Below, piece by piece: positions 29,582 to 38,254 of a stretch of DNA of 64,000 nucleotides. The DNA comes from a bacterium (GTDB taxonomy: Bacteria; Bacillota; Clostridia; Oscillospirales; CAG-272). The notes beneath the pieces are model-generated. The model made no database searches. It saw only the letters and a program-made list of their open reading frames with translations, and had not been told where the DNA came from. The stretch spans positions 71,628-135,627 of the forward strand of contig CAVGAA010000001.1 in assembly GCA_963627065.1 (NCBI GenBank), in the 5' to 3' direction. The first letter of the stretch is position 1. Each line of letters opens with the position of its first letter. The translations under genes were made by a program, and so were the position numbers.

Positions 29582-30562
29582 ATGAAAAAGATTATTTCAC
29601 TGTTTTCGGCAATCGGCATCATACTCCTGTCGCTTTCCTCCTGCATCTTCGGAGGAAAAATTATGAGCCGTTATTATGATAAATCCGAAAATTATCAGGC
29701 AGGCTGTTTCGAATTGTCGGCAGAGAATGTCAGAACGCTGTCAATCAATTGGTATAGCGGAAGCATCATATTAAAAAAATCGGCAGGGGATACGCTCACG
29801 GCAAAAGAGAGCAAAACCGACTTGCCAATCGAAAAATCCATGCACTGGTATCTTGACGAAAATATATTGCGAATCGAATTCTGTGCATCCGGTTACAACG
29901 GCAATTTTAACAAAGCCGACAAACAACTGACCGTGTCCGTTCCGGAAAATATCACGGTTCTCGTCAACACGACAAATGCCGGAATTTCCGCAGATCTCGG
30001 TCGCCAAACTGCAATCGAATGTAAAACGACGTCCGGAGCAATCGACATCACAACGGCAACGGCGGACGATCGCATCATCCTTTCATCTACATCCGGATCG
30101 ATTCGTGCGGAGCAACTCGAAAGTCGACAAATTTCTGTCGATACGACATCGGGAACGGTTACGCTCAACGAAATCAAAGCGACCGAAAAAGTCTATCTCG
30201 GTACGACAAGCGGAAGTATCAAGGTCGGTAATCTGAATGCAAGCGGAGCAAATACCTCCGTTACAAGCAGTTCCGGCAGTGTCAAAATCGAAACTTTGCA
30301 GACATCCGCATTCGATGCAGGAACAACATCCGGAAGTCTTACGGTCGGAATGAAAGAATGCAAAGCCGCAAGCATACGGGCCACCAGCGGTAGCATCAAA
30401 CTGAATCTCGCACAGAGTTTCGGTATGATCGTAACGGTCACCACATCGAGCGGAAGTTTCAATGCAAGCGGTTATCGTACCGAAGGAAAGGGCTATGTAT
30501 GGGGCGACGGATCGTGTACCATCAGTATCGAAACCACAAGCGGAAGCATCACAATTAGATAA
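29582..30562 (+). CDS. DUF4097-like beta-helical lipoprotein (putative adhesin fold)
   Basis: Signal peptide with lipobox LSSC. The motif T(T/S)SG(S/A)I recurs about every 20 aa. Confidence 0.7.
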   Translation: MKKIISLFSAIGIILLSLSSCIFGGKIMSRYYDKSENYQAGCFELSAENVRTLSINWYSGSIILKKSAGDTLTAKESKTDLPIEKSMHWYLDENILRIEFCASGYNGNFNKADKQLTVSVPENITVLVNTTNAGISADLGRQTAIECKTTSGAIDITTATADDRIILSSTSGSIRAEQLESRQISVDTTSGTVTLNEIKATEKVYLGTTSGSIKVGNLNASGANTSVTSSSGSVKIETLQTSAFDAGTTSGSLTVGMKECKAASIRATSGSIKLNLAQSFGMIVTVTTSSGSFNASGYRTEGKGYVWGDGSCTISIETTSGSITIR

Positions 30563-30584
30563 CCGAAGAAATTAAAAAGACAAC

Positions 30585-30620
30585 AAAAGGGCATCCCAAT
30601 CCGAGATGCCCCTTTGGTTT
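30585..30620. terminator. Bidirectional terminator between the DUF4097 and MFS genes
   Basis: GGGCATC (30589-30595) pairs with GATGCCC (30605-30611). T-rich runs follow on both strands. Confidence 0.65.
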
Positions 30621-30621
30621 A

Positions 30622-31872
30622 TCAAATGCAATTTTTCTTCTTCATTTTCCGAATCAAATTGACAATTACCGCAATCACCGCAATTCCGGTTGATACAACC
30701 GAAGTTGCAAGCAATGTCATAATTACGGTATTCCAGTCGGTTTTATCCGCAATACTGCCGAGTCCGTACGAACTCACCGTGCTTCCGACATACGAAGCAC
30801 CGTTCATCAGTCCCGCCAAAAAACCGGAATTGATTTTGTCCCGCATGGTCAAGGGCATCAAACTTGTCATAATGTTGTTCAGCCCGTGAGCAAGAGCGGA
30901 AATTACGCCCAAGAGAATCAAAGCCGGAATGCAACTTTTGCCGTCCAAGAGGAAGAACAGACCTCCGATGCAAAGCGACATCACCGCATAAAAGACGGCA
31001 GACAGCTGGCAATAATCCGGAATGAACTTGTTTACCGCAATCGAGAGAGCCGCTCCGAACATTCCGCAAATCGGCAGAACCAAAGTCAAAATAATCGAAA
31101 TACTGTCGTCGAGACCGAACCGTTCTTTGAGAATGACCGGTGTCCAAGTGGTTAAACCGTCTTTGACGAAATTGTAGGAGATTGCCAAAAGAATGCAGAC
31201 TGCCAAAAGCCATACGAGCGAAGATTCCAATCTGCGTTTTGGTTTTGTCGCTTTGATTTCGGCAGTTTCCGCCACCTGCGGATGATATTTATTTTCGGTT
31301 AAAGTATTATAGGAAAAGAACCAAATCGAGCCGATGCAAGCCATGAGAACCGCACCCATCAAGAACGAGGCACGGTAGAAGGGGATGAGATTGAACAACG
31401 CACTACCGCCGTACGAGATGAGCGTACCGAACATCGTTGAAAGACTCATGACGAAAACCGCTTGTTTCATCAAATCACGTTCAAGCGTTTCTCCAAGTAC
31501 CAAAACCATAGTCGGCCAGAGCGTCGATTGGCAAACGCCGTTTACAAGCCACAAAAATTTGATAATCGCAAACGGAGGTTCTAAAAAAACAATCAAATTG
31601 CAGACGGCAGACAGAACAAGTGCCAGCGGAATGATAAACCGTTTCGGGTAATACTTGCAAAGAATTCCGTGTACAAGTTGCGTTGCACCGTAAGCAAAAA
31701 AGAAGAACGTACTGACGAGTCCTGCATCTGCCCTCGTAATTCCGTATGCTTCCATAATCGGGGCAATGTTGGAATTGTAACCGTATCGTCCGGTGTAAGC
31801 AAATGTATAAACCAAACAGCAGATAATCATCAAAATCTGCTGCTTTTTTCTTGAATTGAGCTGTGAAATCAT
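30622..31872 (-). CDS. MFS transporter (organophosphate/sugar-phosphate antiporter-like)
   Basis: 12-TM ORF with an N-terminus like GlpT/UhpC relatives (YTGRYGYNSNIAP). ATG at 31872 follows GGAGGGG. Confidence 0.8.
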   Translation of the reverse strand: MISQLNSRKKQQILMIICCLVYTFAYTGRYGYNSNIAPIMEAYGITRADAGLVSTFFFFAYGATQLVHGILCKYYPKRFIIPLALVLSAVCNLIVFLEPPFAIIKFLWLVNGVCQSTLWPTMVLVLGETLERDLMKQAVFVMSLSTMFGTLISYGGSALFNLIPFYRASFLMGAVLMACIGSIWFFSYNTLTENKYHPQVAETAEIKATKPKRRLESSLVWLLAVCILLAISYNFVKDGLTTWTPVILKERFGLDDSISIILTLVLPICGMFGAALSIAVNKFIPDYCQLSAVFYAVMSLCIGGLFFLLDGKSCIPALILLGVISALAHGLNNIMTSLMPLTMRDKINSGFLAGLMNGASYVGSTVSSYGLGSIADKTDWNTVIMTLLATSVVSTGIAVIAVIVNLIRKMKKKNCI

Positions 31873-31913
31873 TTTACCCCTCCGCATATTCAAACAGCAA
31901 TCAGCGATTTCAC

Positions 31914-31942
31914 ATTGTACCACAAATGCAACCTTTTGTCAA
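31914..31942 (-). promoter_or_regulatory. Sigma-A-type promoter of the MFS gene; last recognisable core element before the AT-rich island
   Basis: The minus strand reads TTGACA (31942-31937), a 17-nt spacer, then TGgTACAAT (-10 at 31919-31914). Confidence 0.6.
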
Positions 31943-32177
31943 GATAAATAAAGAAATTATCAAGAGAATTTTGTTGTGTTACAATAGATGTGTCACAAAA
32001 AGCGTTGTTCAGTGTTAGGGCGGAATAAAAATTGGCTATTTATCTAATCGCCTGATGAAAAAAATCAACAATATTATATTTCGTAAGAATACACAAAACC
32101 GCACAAATCAAATTTTCAATCGTTTTTTTGTGTGTTTTGTGCTAATTTTATGTTATAATTGGCTGCTTTCGTTATTT

Positions 32178-32207
32178 TACTGTAAAAAGGTACACTTTTT
32201 TATAGTA
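32178..32207. repeat. 30-bp palindromic unit, copy 1 (TACTGTAAAAA-GGTACAC-TTTTTTATAGTA)
   Basis: Read directly. Its reverse complement closely matches the unit at 32338-32368. Confidence 0.8.
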
Positions 32208-32337
32208 AATTTTCTCACTTGTCAAGCATTACCAAAAATGTCAAAATGCACGAATTACAATGATGTTTATCTGTTATTGTAAACATTATATCACAAAAAG
32301 AAACGTTTGTCAAGCCTTTTTTTGATATTTATTCGAA

Positions 32338-32368
32338 AACTGTAAAAAAGTGTACCATTTTTACAGTG
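32338..32368. repeat. 30-bp palindromic unit, copy 2, inverted relative to copy 1 (AACTGTAAAAAA-GTGTACC-ATTTTTACAGTG)
   Basis: Read directly. It lies immediately upstream of the IS30-type transposase remnant. Confidence 0.8.
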
Positions 32369-32391
32369 GCTTTCATTGCATGTACAATTTT

Positions 32392-32680
32392 ATCTCTTTA
32401 ACTGAAAGTATGCTCCGTTTTAGCATTAGATTGAAGGTAGAGCCACATTCTGTGGAGACGGTAGACGAAGCCTTAAAAGCCGTTGTTTACCGCATACGGA
32501 AGTCGCTATTCAGAGGTCTTCCAAATCATTACAAGTGATAACGGATTGGAGTTTGCACATCTCGCCGAACTTAAAAAAATCGGTATCGGAGTCTACTTTA
32601 CCCACCCATACACGTCCTGCGAAAAACGGACCGTCGAGTGCCACAACAAGACGTTGAGACGGTTTATACCGAAGAAAAAA
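32392..32680 (+). pseudogene. IS30-family transposase remnant (central/C-terminal catalytic part only, frameshifted)
   Basis: Two frames carry ISLTESMLRFSIRLKVEPHSVETVDEALKAV, then FQIITSDNGLEFAHLAELKKIGIGVYFTHPYTSCEKRTVECHNKTLRRFIPKKK. These resemble the IS30 segments LTLvERkTRf and SITsDNGsEF...YFahPYssWERGtNEN...RRfiPK. The N-terminal half is absent. Confidence 0.65.
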
Positions 32681-32789
32681 GAGCATTGCGAATTATTGCA
32701 TTTTGCTATTGCAATTTCTACATTATTTAATAAGATAATGATAATTTTTTTATTTTCTTGCTGTGATAAAATAATGGAGGGCTATTTTG

Positions 32790-33809
32790 ATGAAACGAAA
32801 CCCGCAAAAAGAGTTTTATTTTCAATGGCATTTTTTGAATTCGTGTAATTTACGTTGCAAACATTGCTATCAAGAAGATTACAGATGTCAGGACATGGAT
32901 TTTGAAACTTTAAAAAAAATCGCTGATGAAATAATTAAAGCATTAATTCGATGGGATATGTACGGTCGCATATCTTTGACTGGAGGGGAACCTTTTTTAA
33001 GTAAGCACTTACATCGGTTGCTTGAGTATTTGAATCAATCGGAAAGGATCATTTCAATTGATATACTTACCAACGGAACGCTAATTACAGAATCTGATAT
33101 TAAAAAAATGAAAAGTTATAAAAAGTTACATCAAATACAAATTTCGCTTGATGGTGGTACAGCAGAAATTCATGATAGCGTTCGTGGAGCAGGTAATTTT
33201 GAAAAAGCATTACAAGGTATTAGGTTATTGAAGCAATCCGGTGTTGAAGTTGCTTTGATGTATACCTTGCAACAACTAAATAAGGATGGATATAACGATT
33301 TCATAGATGTTGCTTTGAGAGAAAATGTTGATGCAATTACGATTGAACGAGTTACCCCGTGCGGTCAAAGTGCGTTGCAAGACTTAATACCTGCAGATGA
33401 AATTAGAAGAATCTATACGGAAATTACTCGAAGAGCCAATGGTATGTCATCAAAACCAGTCATTAGACGAGCTCGTCCATTATGGATTAATACAATGTGT
33501 GATAACATTCGCTCTGATTGTAATATTGGGGGCTTTTGTCCCGTTGGGTTTACAGCTTTAGCAATACTCCATGACGGAACCGTCCTTCCTTGTCGAAGAA
33601 TGGAAATTCCATTAGGAAACATTTTAACGGATGGCTTGTTTAAAATTTGGTATTCAAGTGAAGTTCTTTGGAAGATACGTGACAAAAATAATTTAAAAGG
33701 TAAATGTCATGGATGCGAACATCTTTCTGCGTGTGGGGGATGCAGGGCTGTGGCATATGCAACAACTGGTGATTATTTGGAGGAGGATCCGCAATGCTGG
33801 AAAAACTAA
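32790..33809 (+). CDS. Radical SAM / SPASM-domain peptide-modifying maturase
   Basis: CNLRCKHC (CX3CX2C) and SLTGGEPF. The C-terminal auxiliary-cluster motifs are CPVGFTALAILHDGTVLPC (CX12GX4C) and CHGCEHLSACGGC...C. GGAGGG SD is 8 nt upstream. Confidence 0.85.
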   Translation: MKRNPQKEFYFQWHFLNSCNLRCKHCYQEDYRCQDMDFETLKKIADEIIKALIRWDMYGRISLTGGEPFLSKHLHRLLEYLNQSERIISIDILTNGTLITESDIKKMKSYKKLHQIQISLDGGTAEIHDSVRGAGNFEKALQGIRLLKQSGVEVALMYTLQQLNKDGYNDFIDVALRENVDAITIERVTPCGQSALQDLIPADEIRRIYTEITRRANGMSSKPVIRRARPLWINTMCDNIRSDCNIGGFCPVGFTALAILHDGTVLPCRRMEIPLGNILTDGLFKIWYSSEVLWKIRDKNNLKGKCHGCEHLSACGGCRAVAYATTGDYLEEDPQCWKN

Positions 33810-34078
33810 GTAATGTCTATCAATTAAATAATAATATTATTATAAAAGGTATCAATGACAAGTATTGGGCATTGGATACAAACACAGGTGCACAATTCCG
33901 ATTGAATGAATTATCATTTGATATTTTGTCTTTGACAAACGGTAATAACTCAGTTGATTACATCGTTGAACAGCAATTTGCAAAATATTCTGTAAAGAAA
34001 GAACTCCTAATTCGTGATATTCTTTCTTTTCTTGAAACAGCCTTGAATAAGGGGCTTATTTCAAAGAAAAAGGAATAA
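33794..34078 (+). CDS. PqqD-family peptide chaperone (RiPP recognition element)
   Basis: 94 aa: FRLNELSFDILSLTNGNNSVDYIVEQQFAKYSV...ILSFLETALNKGLI, a PqqD-like pattern. AGGAGG SD lies upstream and the gene overlaps the maturase gene by 16 nt. Confidence 0.8.
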   Translation: MLEKLSNVYQLNNNIIIKGINDKYWALDTNTGAQFRLNELSFDILSLTNGNNSVDYIVEQQFAKYSVKKELLIRDILSFLETALNKGLISKKKE

Positions 34079-34084
34079 TGATAT

Positions 34085-35275
34085 ATGCTTATAGATGCAC
34101 ACAGCCATTTAGGCACAAATGATTTGTGTACTGATGGAAAATCATTTAGGTATGATTTATCTAATACAGCAGATGAATACATTAAATACATGGATGCGAA
34201 TGGTATAAATAAAGCTGTGATACTTCCAATACCAGGAAACAATTACGACTCTGTAAAATCTAATGACGTTCTTTATTCGGCCAGTCTTAAGTATCCTAAC
34301 AGATTTATACCATTTTGCAAGTTGGACAGTTTTTTACCAACTAACATTATGTGCAAGGGGTTTTATGGGGCCAAGTATCATATGGTGTATGAATCTTATC
34401 CAAAAACAACCTTAAGTCAATATTATAAACTTTTGGAATACTATGGATTCCCTTTAATTATTCATGCAAAGTATCCTGAAAAGGGGAAACAAATTTGTGA
34501 TATCCTCGAAGTGGCACCAAATTTAAAGATAATACTTGCACATATGGGACGAGGTCATATTTATACTGATGAAATGATTCCAGATTTGTTAAATCAATTT
34601 AAGAATGTTCCGAATTTATTTTTTGAATCCTCAACTGTGGGTAGATCAAGAATGATTGAACTTGCTTGCGAGACTATTGGTGCTGATCGTCTTATGTACG
34701 GTTCAGACTATCCGTTTGGCAAGGCATGGTTCAGAGACTCATTTATTCCTGATGATGAAATGTCCGTAATATCAAAAGCGAATATTACAGTTGAAGAAAA
34801 AGAGTTAATTCTTCATGGAACAATCGAAAAGATTATTAAGAATTGCGATGAGAAGAGAAATGGTTTTTATGTGCGCCCTTATTTAAAGACTGATAAAAAT
34901 GAATTTGAAGCACTATTAGCATCACTCTCAAAATCTGATAGGAAGTTGCTTGCAATTGATAAAAAAATGTCTGTAATACACGATTGTATGAGAAATGAGC
35001 GGCATATTTATTTAGCTATTAATGCCGGGAAGATAGTCGGTTTCTTCAGGGAAAGCGGACGTTCTAATCATACTTTTATGTTAGAGGAATTTGCGGTTTT
35101 TCCTCAGTATCGTGGGCATGGTTTTTCTAAGTTAATGTTGCAATACTATACTGTATTTTTTGAAAAATCCTCTGTAAAGACATTATCGTCGAATGTCACC
35201 ATGAATCATATTTTGCCGATGTTTTCCTTTGTGCCAGTTTATGGAAAAGAAACGATAAATTGGATTCGAGCGTAG
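34085..35275 (+). CDS. Fusion protein: amidohydrolase_2 (TIM-barrel metal hydrolase) N-domain plus GNAT acetyltransferase C-domain
   Basis: LIDAHSHLG, ILAHMGRG and MYGSDYPF in the first 260 aa or so. The GNAT motif A, FAVFPQYRGHGFSKLML, lies near the C-terminus. Confidence 0.7.
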   Translation: MLIDAHSHLGTNDLCTDGKSFRYDLSNTADEYIKYMDANGINKAVILPIPGNNYDSVKSNDVLYSASLKYPNRFIPFCKLDSFLPTNIMCKGFYGAKYHMVYESYPKTTLSQYYKLLEYYGFPLIIHAKYPEKGKQICDILEVAPNLKIILAHMGRGHIYTDEMIPDLLNQFKNVPNLFFESSTVGRSRMIELACETIGADRLMYGSDYPFGKAWFRDSFIPDDEMSVISKANITVEEKELILHGTIEKIIKNCDEKRNGFYVRPYLKTDKNEFEALLASLSKSDRKLLAIDKKMSVIHDCMRNERHIYLAINAGKIVGFFRESGRSNHTFMLEEFAVFPQYRGHGFSKLMLQYYTVFFEKSSVKTLSSNVTMNHILPMFSFVPVYGKETINWIRA

Positions 35276-35280
35276 AAGCA

Positions 35281-36204
35281 ATGATTTTTAATAACGATAT
35301 TCTAAAAATCACCAATAATAAACGGGATTTTTATTCTCCAATTATAAGTGCGTTAGTTGAAACTAAATCTATAGAATTCTTTTTATCAAAAGGATTTCAT
35401 CTGTTTGCGTTACCAATTATGAATGATGCAGTTGCTACGAAAGAAAAAACGATTCAATTTAATTTTGACCATCAAAATATCGAATTAAATAGCAGTCAAG
35501 CAATGCGAATCTCAGCTTTATCTGCCTTTTATAATCAAGTTTTTTCAGTGAGTAAATGTTTTAGAAATGAAAAAAACGTTGATTTTTCGCATTTATCGGA
35601 ATTCACGATGTTAGAAGCAGAGTTTTCAATCGAAAAGGAGACTGATATTTTCGATTTGATAGAGAATTATTTAGCGTTTATTATTGACTGGTTTGACACA
35701 TTTATTGTTGAACAAAATTTGACAGATGTTTTTAAGCATCGTACTGTTTCGTTTCCCATAGAGCAAATTAATTATGATTTGTTGCTAAAAAGTGAGAAAA
35801 TCAAAGGCAAGAAGTTAATTTTTGATCATTTTGATTTTTGCGATATTGATGTAAGTGCGGATATCGATAAACCCATCTTTATTGTTAATTATCCGTGCGT
35901 TGGTTCTTGGCGGGCCAAACGCAAAGATAACTTACATGCTTTTTTGTACAACTTGATTCTACCATGCGGCTTTGGAGAATTAGTTGAGTGTTCAATTAGG
36001 GAAATCGATTATGCTTTTTATAAGCAGAAATTTGATTACTTAGGAATGTCCGAGTCTTATTCTTGGTACTTAGATGCTATGCGTATTAATCACGGTATAA
36101 AAGCTGGCTTTGGTCTTGGTTTAGAGCGACTTGCAGCTTGGCTTATGGATTTAAAAGCTATTGGCGATCAATTAATCTTTCCAAGATTGCCAGGAGGACA
36201 ATAA
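35281..36204 (+). CDS. Stand-alone class II (IIb, Asp/Asn/Lys-RS-like) aminoacyl-tRNA-synthetase catalytic core without an anticodon-binding domain
   Basis: Motif 2-like VSKCFRNEKNVDFSHLSEFTMLEAEF and motif 3-like GFGLGLERLAAWLMDL...LIFPRLPGG. At about 307 aa it is too short to hold the N-terminal OB fold. Alternative TTG start at 35260. Confidence 0.7.
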   Translation: MIFNNDILKITNNKRDFYSPIISALVETKSIEFFLSKGFHLFALPIMNDAVATKEKTIQFNFDHQNIELNSSQAMRISALSAFYNQVFSVSKCFRNEKNVDFSHLSEFTMLEAEFSIEKETDIFDLIENYLAFIIDWFDTFIVEQNLTDVFKHRTVSFPIEQINYDLLLKSEKIKGKKLIFDHFDFCDIDVSADIDKPIFIVNYPCVGSWRAKRKDNLHAFLYNLILPCGFGELVECSIREIDYAFYKQKFDYLGMSESYSWYLDAMRINHGIKAGFGLGLERLAAWLMDLKAIGDQLIFPRLPGGQ

Positions 36205-36206
36205 AA

Positions 36207-37010
36207 ATGTCAATTGAATTAGAAAGATGCACTATGGCCTTACATAGGATGGTTTATGAAATGAATCGTAAGGGCATAGAGCAATCAAGAATTACTAAAT
36301 GTGCTACGCAATTACTAATGAGCGGAGTTTCCCAAAATTCAATATCGACGGAAATTGTTCAAAAATGTATTGAAACTCAAAACAATGATGGCGGTTGGGT
36401 TGCAGTTGTTGACACAATATGGAATGCAAAGTTTTTATCATTTTTTAGTAAAACCAACGAAAATATTGTTCATGCATATCGATATTTAAATGATAACAAA
36501 GTGGATTTTGGTTTTGGAAGGTCTAAACGTGATATAGGTAGAATTCCGGTAACTGGTATCGCTTATTACTTACATCCTCAATTGGCAACTTTGGATGGAT
36601 TAAGATGGTTGGAAAATCTTTGGATTTCAGAAAAGAATGGACTAACATATAAAGCAGCTTATACATTGATGGCTTTCAAACGCACAAATTATAAGCCGTT
36701 AAATATTGGGGTTATAGAAGAAGCTGTTCTTTGGTTATTGTCTCAGCAGGAAAAAGATGGTGGCTTTTCTCCTTGGAAACATCATCCTGTAGGGACCAAT
36801 GTTTATTGTACGGCTCTTTCGTTGATTGGCTTACTTCAATACAATGAGTTTATTCCTCAAGCTAATGCTGCTATTGAGGCAGCTTATCAGTATATTTATA
36901 AAAATCAGTTAATCAATGGACTGTGGCCGTATCATGAATTAGAAGATGGTGGGGCATGGGGAATGCAAGCTATGTTTCAATATGAAAGCGAGTACGCACA
37001 TGAGTTCTAA
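36207..37010 (+). CDS. Prenyltransferase / squalene-oxidase-repeat (alpha-alpha toroid) protein
   Basis: Repeats QNNDGGWVAV, QQEKDGGFSPW and NGLWPYHELEDGGAWG. GGAGG SD precedes the ATG at 36207. Confidence 0.65.
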   Translation: MSIELERCTMALHRMVYEMNRKGIEQSRITKCATQLLMSGVSQNSISTEIVQKCIETQNNDGGWVAVVDTIWNAKFLSFFSKTNENIVHAYRYLNDNKVDFGFGRSKRDIGRIPVTGIAYYLHPQLATLDGLRWLENLWISEKNGLTYKAAYTLMAFKRTNYKPLNIGVIEEAVLWLLSQQEKDGGFSPWKHHPVGTNVYCTALSLIGLLQYNEFIPQANAAIEAAYQYIYKNQLINGLWPYHELEDGGAWGMQAMFQYESEYAHEF

Positions 37011-38253
37011 AAAATCCATTTTATTGGTATACCCTAAACCGCAATTTGATAAGAATCCGCGATTCGGTTTTTCAATTCAGCTGATGCAATTAGCTACAAT
37101 TTTGAAGCAAAAGTATAAAGTATTTTTTTTGGATTATTCTTATCTCGATTTTGATGAAAGCAAATTTCGCTTATATTTGTTAAATAATAACATATCGCAT
37201 ATTGTCGTTGAATTTGATTCTTTTTCACTAAAAAGATCTGAGAATTATGAAAATGCACTCTTATTACTTAATATTGCAAGGGAAAGAAAAATAATTTCAG
37301 TTGCTTTTGGTAATGATTGCATAATGGATAATTCAAATAGCATTTGTGCGGATTACATTATTAGAGAAGATCCATTATTAAAAATCGGGAAAATCTTTAA
37401 TGTTTTTTCTGATGAGTTGACGGAAATGGAATATGATGTTATTCCATTTCCAGATCGCGAATTGCTGAAAACTAATCCGTTTTTCTTAAAGAATTCTAAT
37501 TCTACACTTATTCGTACATCTGAAGGCTGTTTAAATACATGTTCTTTTTGTCAGCGTCGGGGGTGGCAAAAGAAATATAAAGCACATAATATTGAATATG
37601 TTATACGAGAATTTGAATATTTAAAGGACCACAATTACCAAAATGTATGGGTTGCAGATGATAATTTTACCTTCGATTTAAGTCGAGCAAAGAAAATTCT
37701 TTCAATTCTTTCGCAACAAAAATTAACTGTTGGAATGAATCTAGCGATTAGTAGCTGGACAAGAATAGATGAAGATTTATTACAGTTGGCACAACAGGCA
37801 AATGTAAAAATAATTAGTATGGGTATAGAATCTGCTAATTATGAAATATTGGACTTTTATAACAAAAAAATAGATTTACAAAGGACTAAACAGTTAATCG
37901 AATATGCAGATCTGCTTGGTATTTATACTATTGGAAATTTTATCATAGGAGCACCTATGGAAACAATGGTAACTATTGAAAATACCTTTGACTATATAAT
38001 GTCCACTAAATTAGATCAAATTAACATTAAAACTTTAGATTATATGCTCGGGTCAGTATTGTATGAAAATTTGCCAAAAAAGGTAGAGCACCACTATTTT
38101 GCATGCTCGGAAAATGGGTTGTGCAGTTTTTCACTAAATGAATTATCGAAAATTAAGAAAGATTTTCTTACAAGATTTAATTTGGAGAGGCAAGATTTTC
38201 GAATGGAAAAAATAAAAAAATTTGGACTTCCATATATTCCTTTAAAGATATAA
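37000..38253 (+). CDS. B12-binding-domain radical SAM enzyme (class B type)
   Basis: The N-terminal Rossmann-like segment (ILLVYPKPQ...KVFFLDYSY) is followed by RTSEGCLNTCSFCQ (CX3CX2C). It overlaps the previous gene by 11 nt. Confidence 0.75.
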   Translation: MSSKKSILLVYPKPQFDKNPRFGFSIQLMQLATILKQKYKVFFLDYSYLDFDESKFRLYLLNNNISHIVVEFDSFSLKRSENYENALLLLNIARERKIISVAFGNDCIMDNSNSICADYIIREDPLLKIGKIFNVFSDELTEMEYDVIPFPDRELLKTNPFFLKNSNSTLIRTSEGCLNTCSFCQRRGWQKKYKAHNIEYVIREFEYLKDHNYQNVWVADDNFTFDLSRAKKILSILSQQKLTVGMNLAISSWTRIDEDLLQLAQQANVKIISMGIESANYEILDFYNKKIDLQRTKQLIEYADLLGIYTIGNFIIGAPMETMVTIENTFDYIMSTKLDQINIKTLDYMLGSVLYENLPKKVEHHYFACSENGLCSFSLNELSKIKKDFLTRFNLERQDFRMEKIKKFGLPYIPLKI

Positions 38254-38254
38254 T

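Noticed and set aside
32055-32282. 75-aa ORF (MKKINNIIFRKNTQ...) at the island's left edge
   Set aside because: It is an AT-rich chance ORF with no SD, and it spans the palindromic repeat unit.
32696-32780. Promoter for the island operon
   Set aside because: Several partial matches exist: TTGCAT at 32696, TTGCAA at 32709 and TGaTAAAAT at 32764. None combines good -35 and -10 boxes at proper spacing, and the best -10 would start transcription inside the SD. No call was made.
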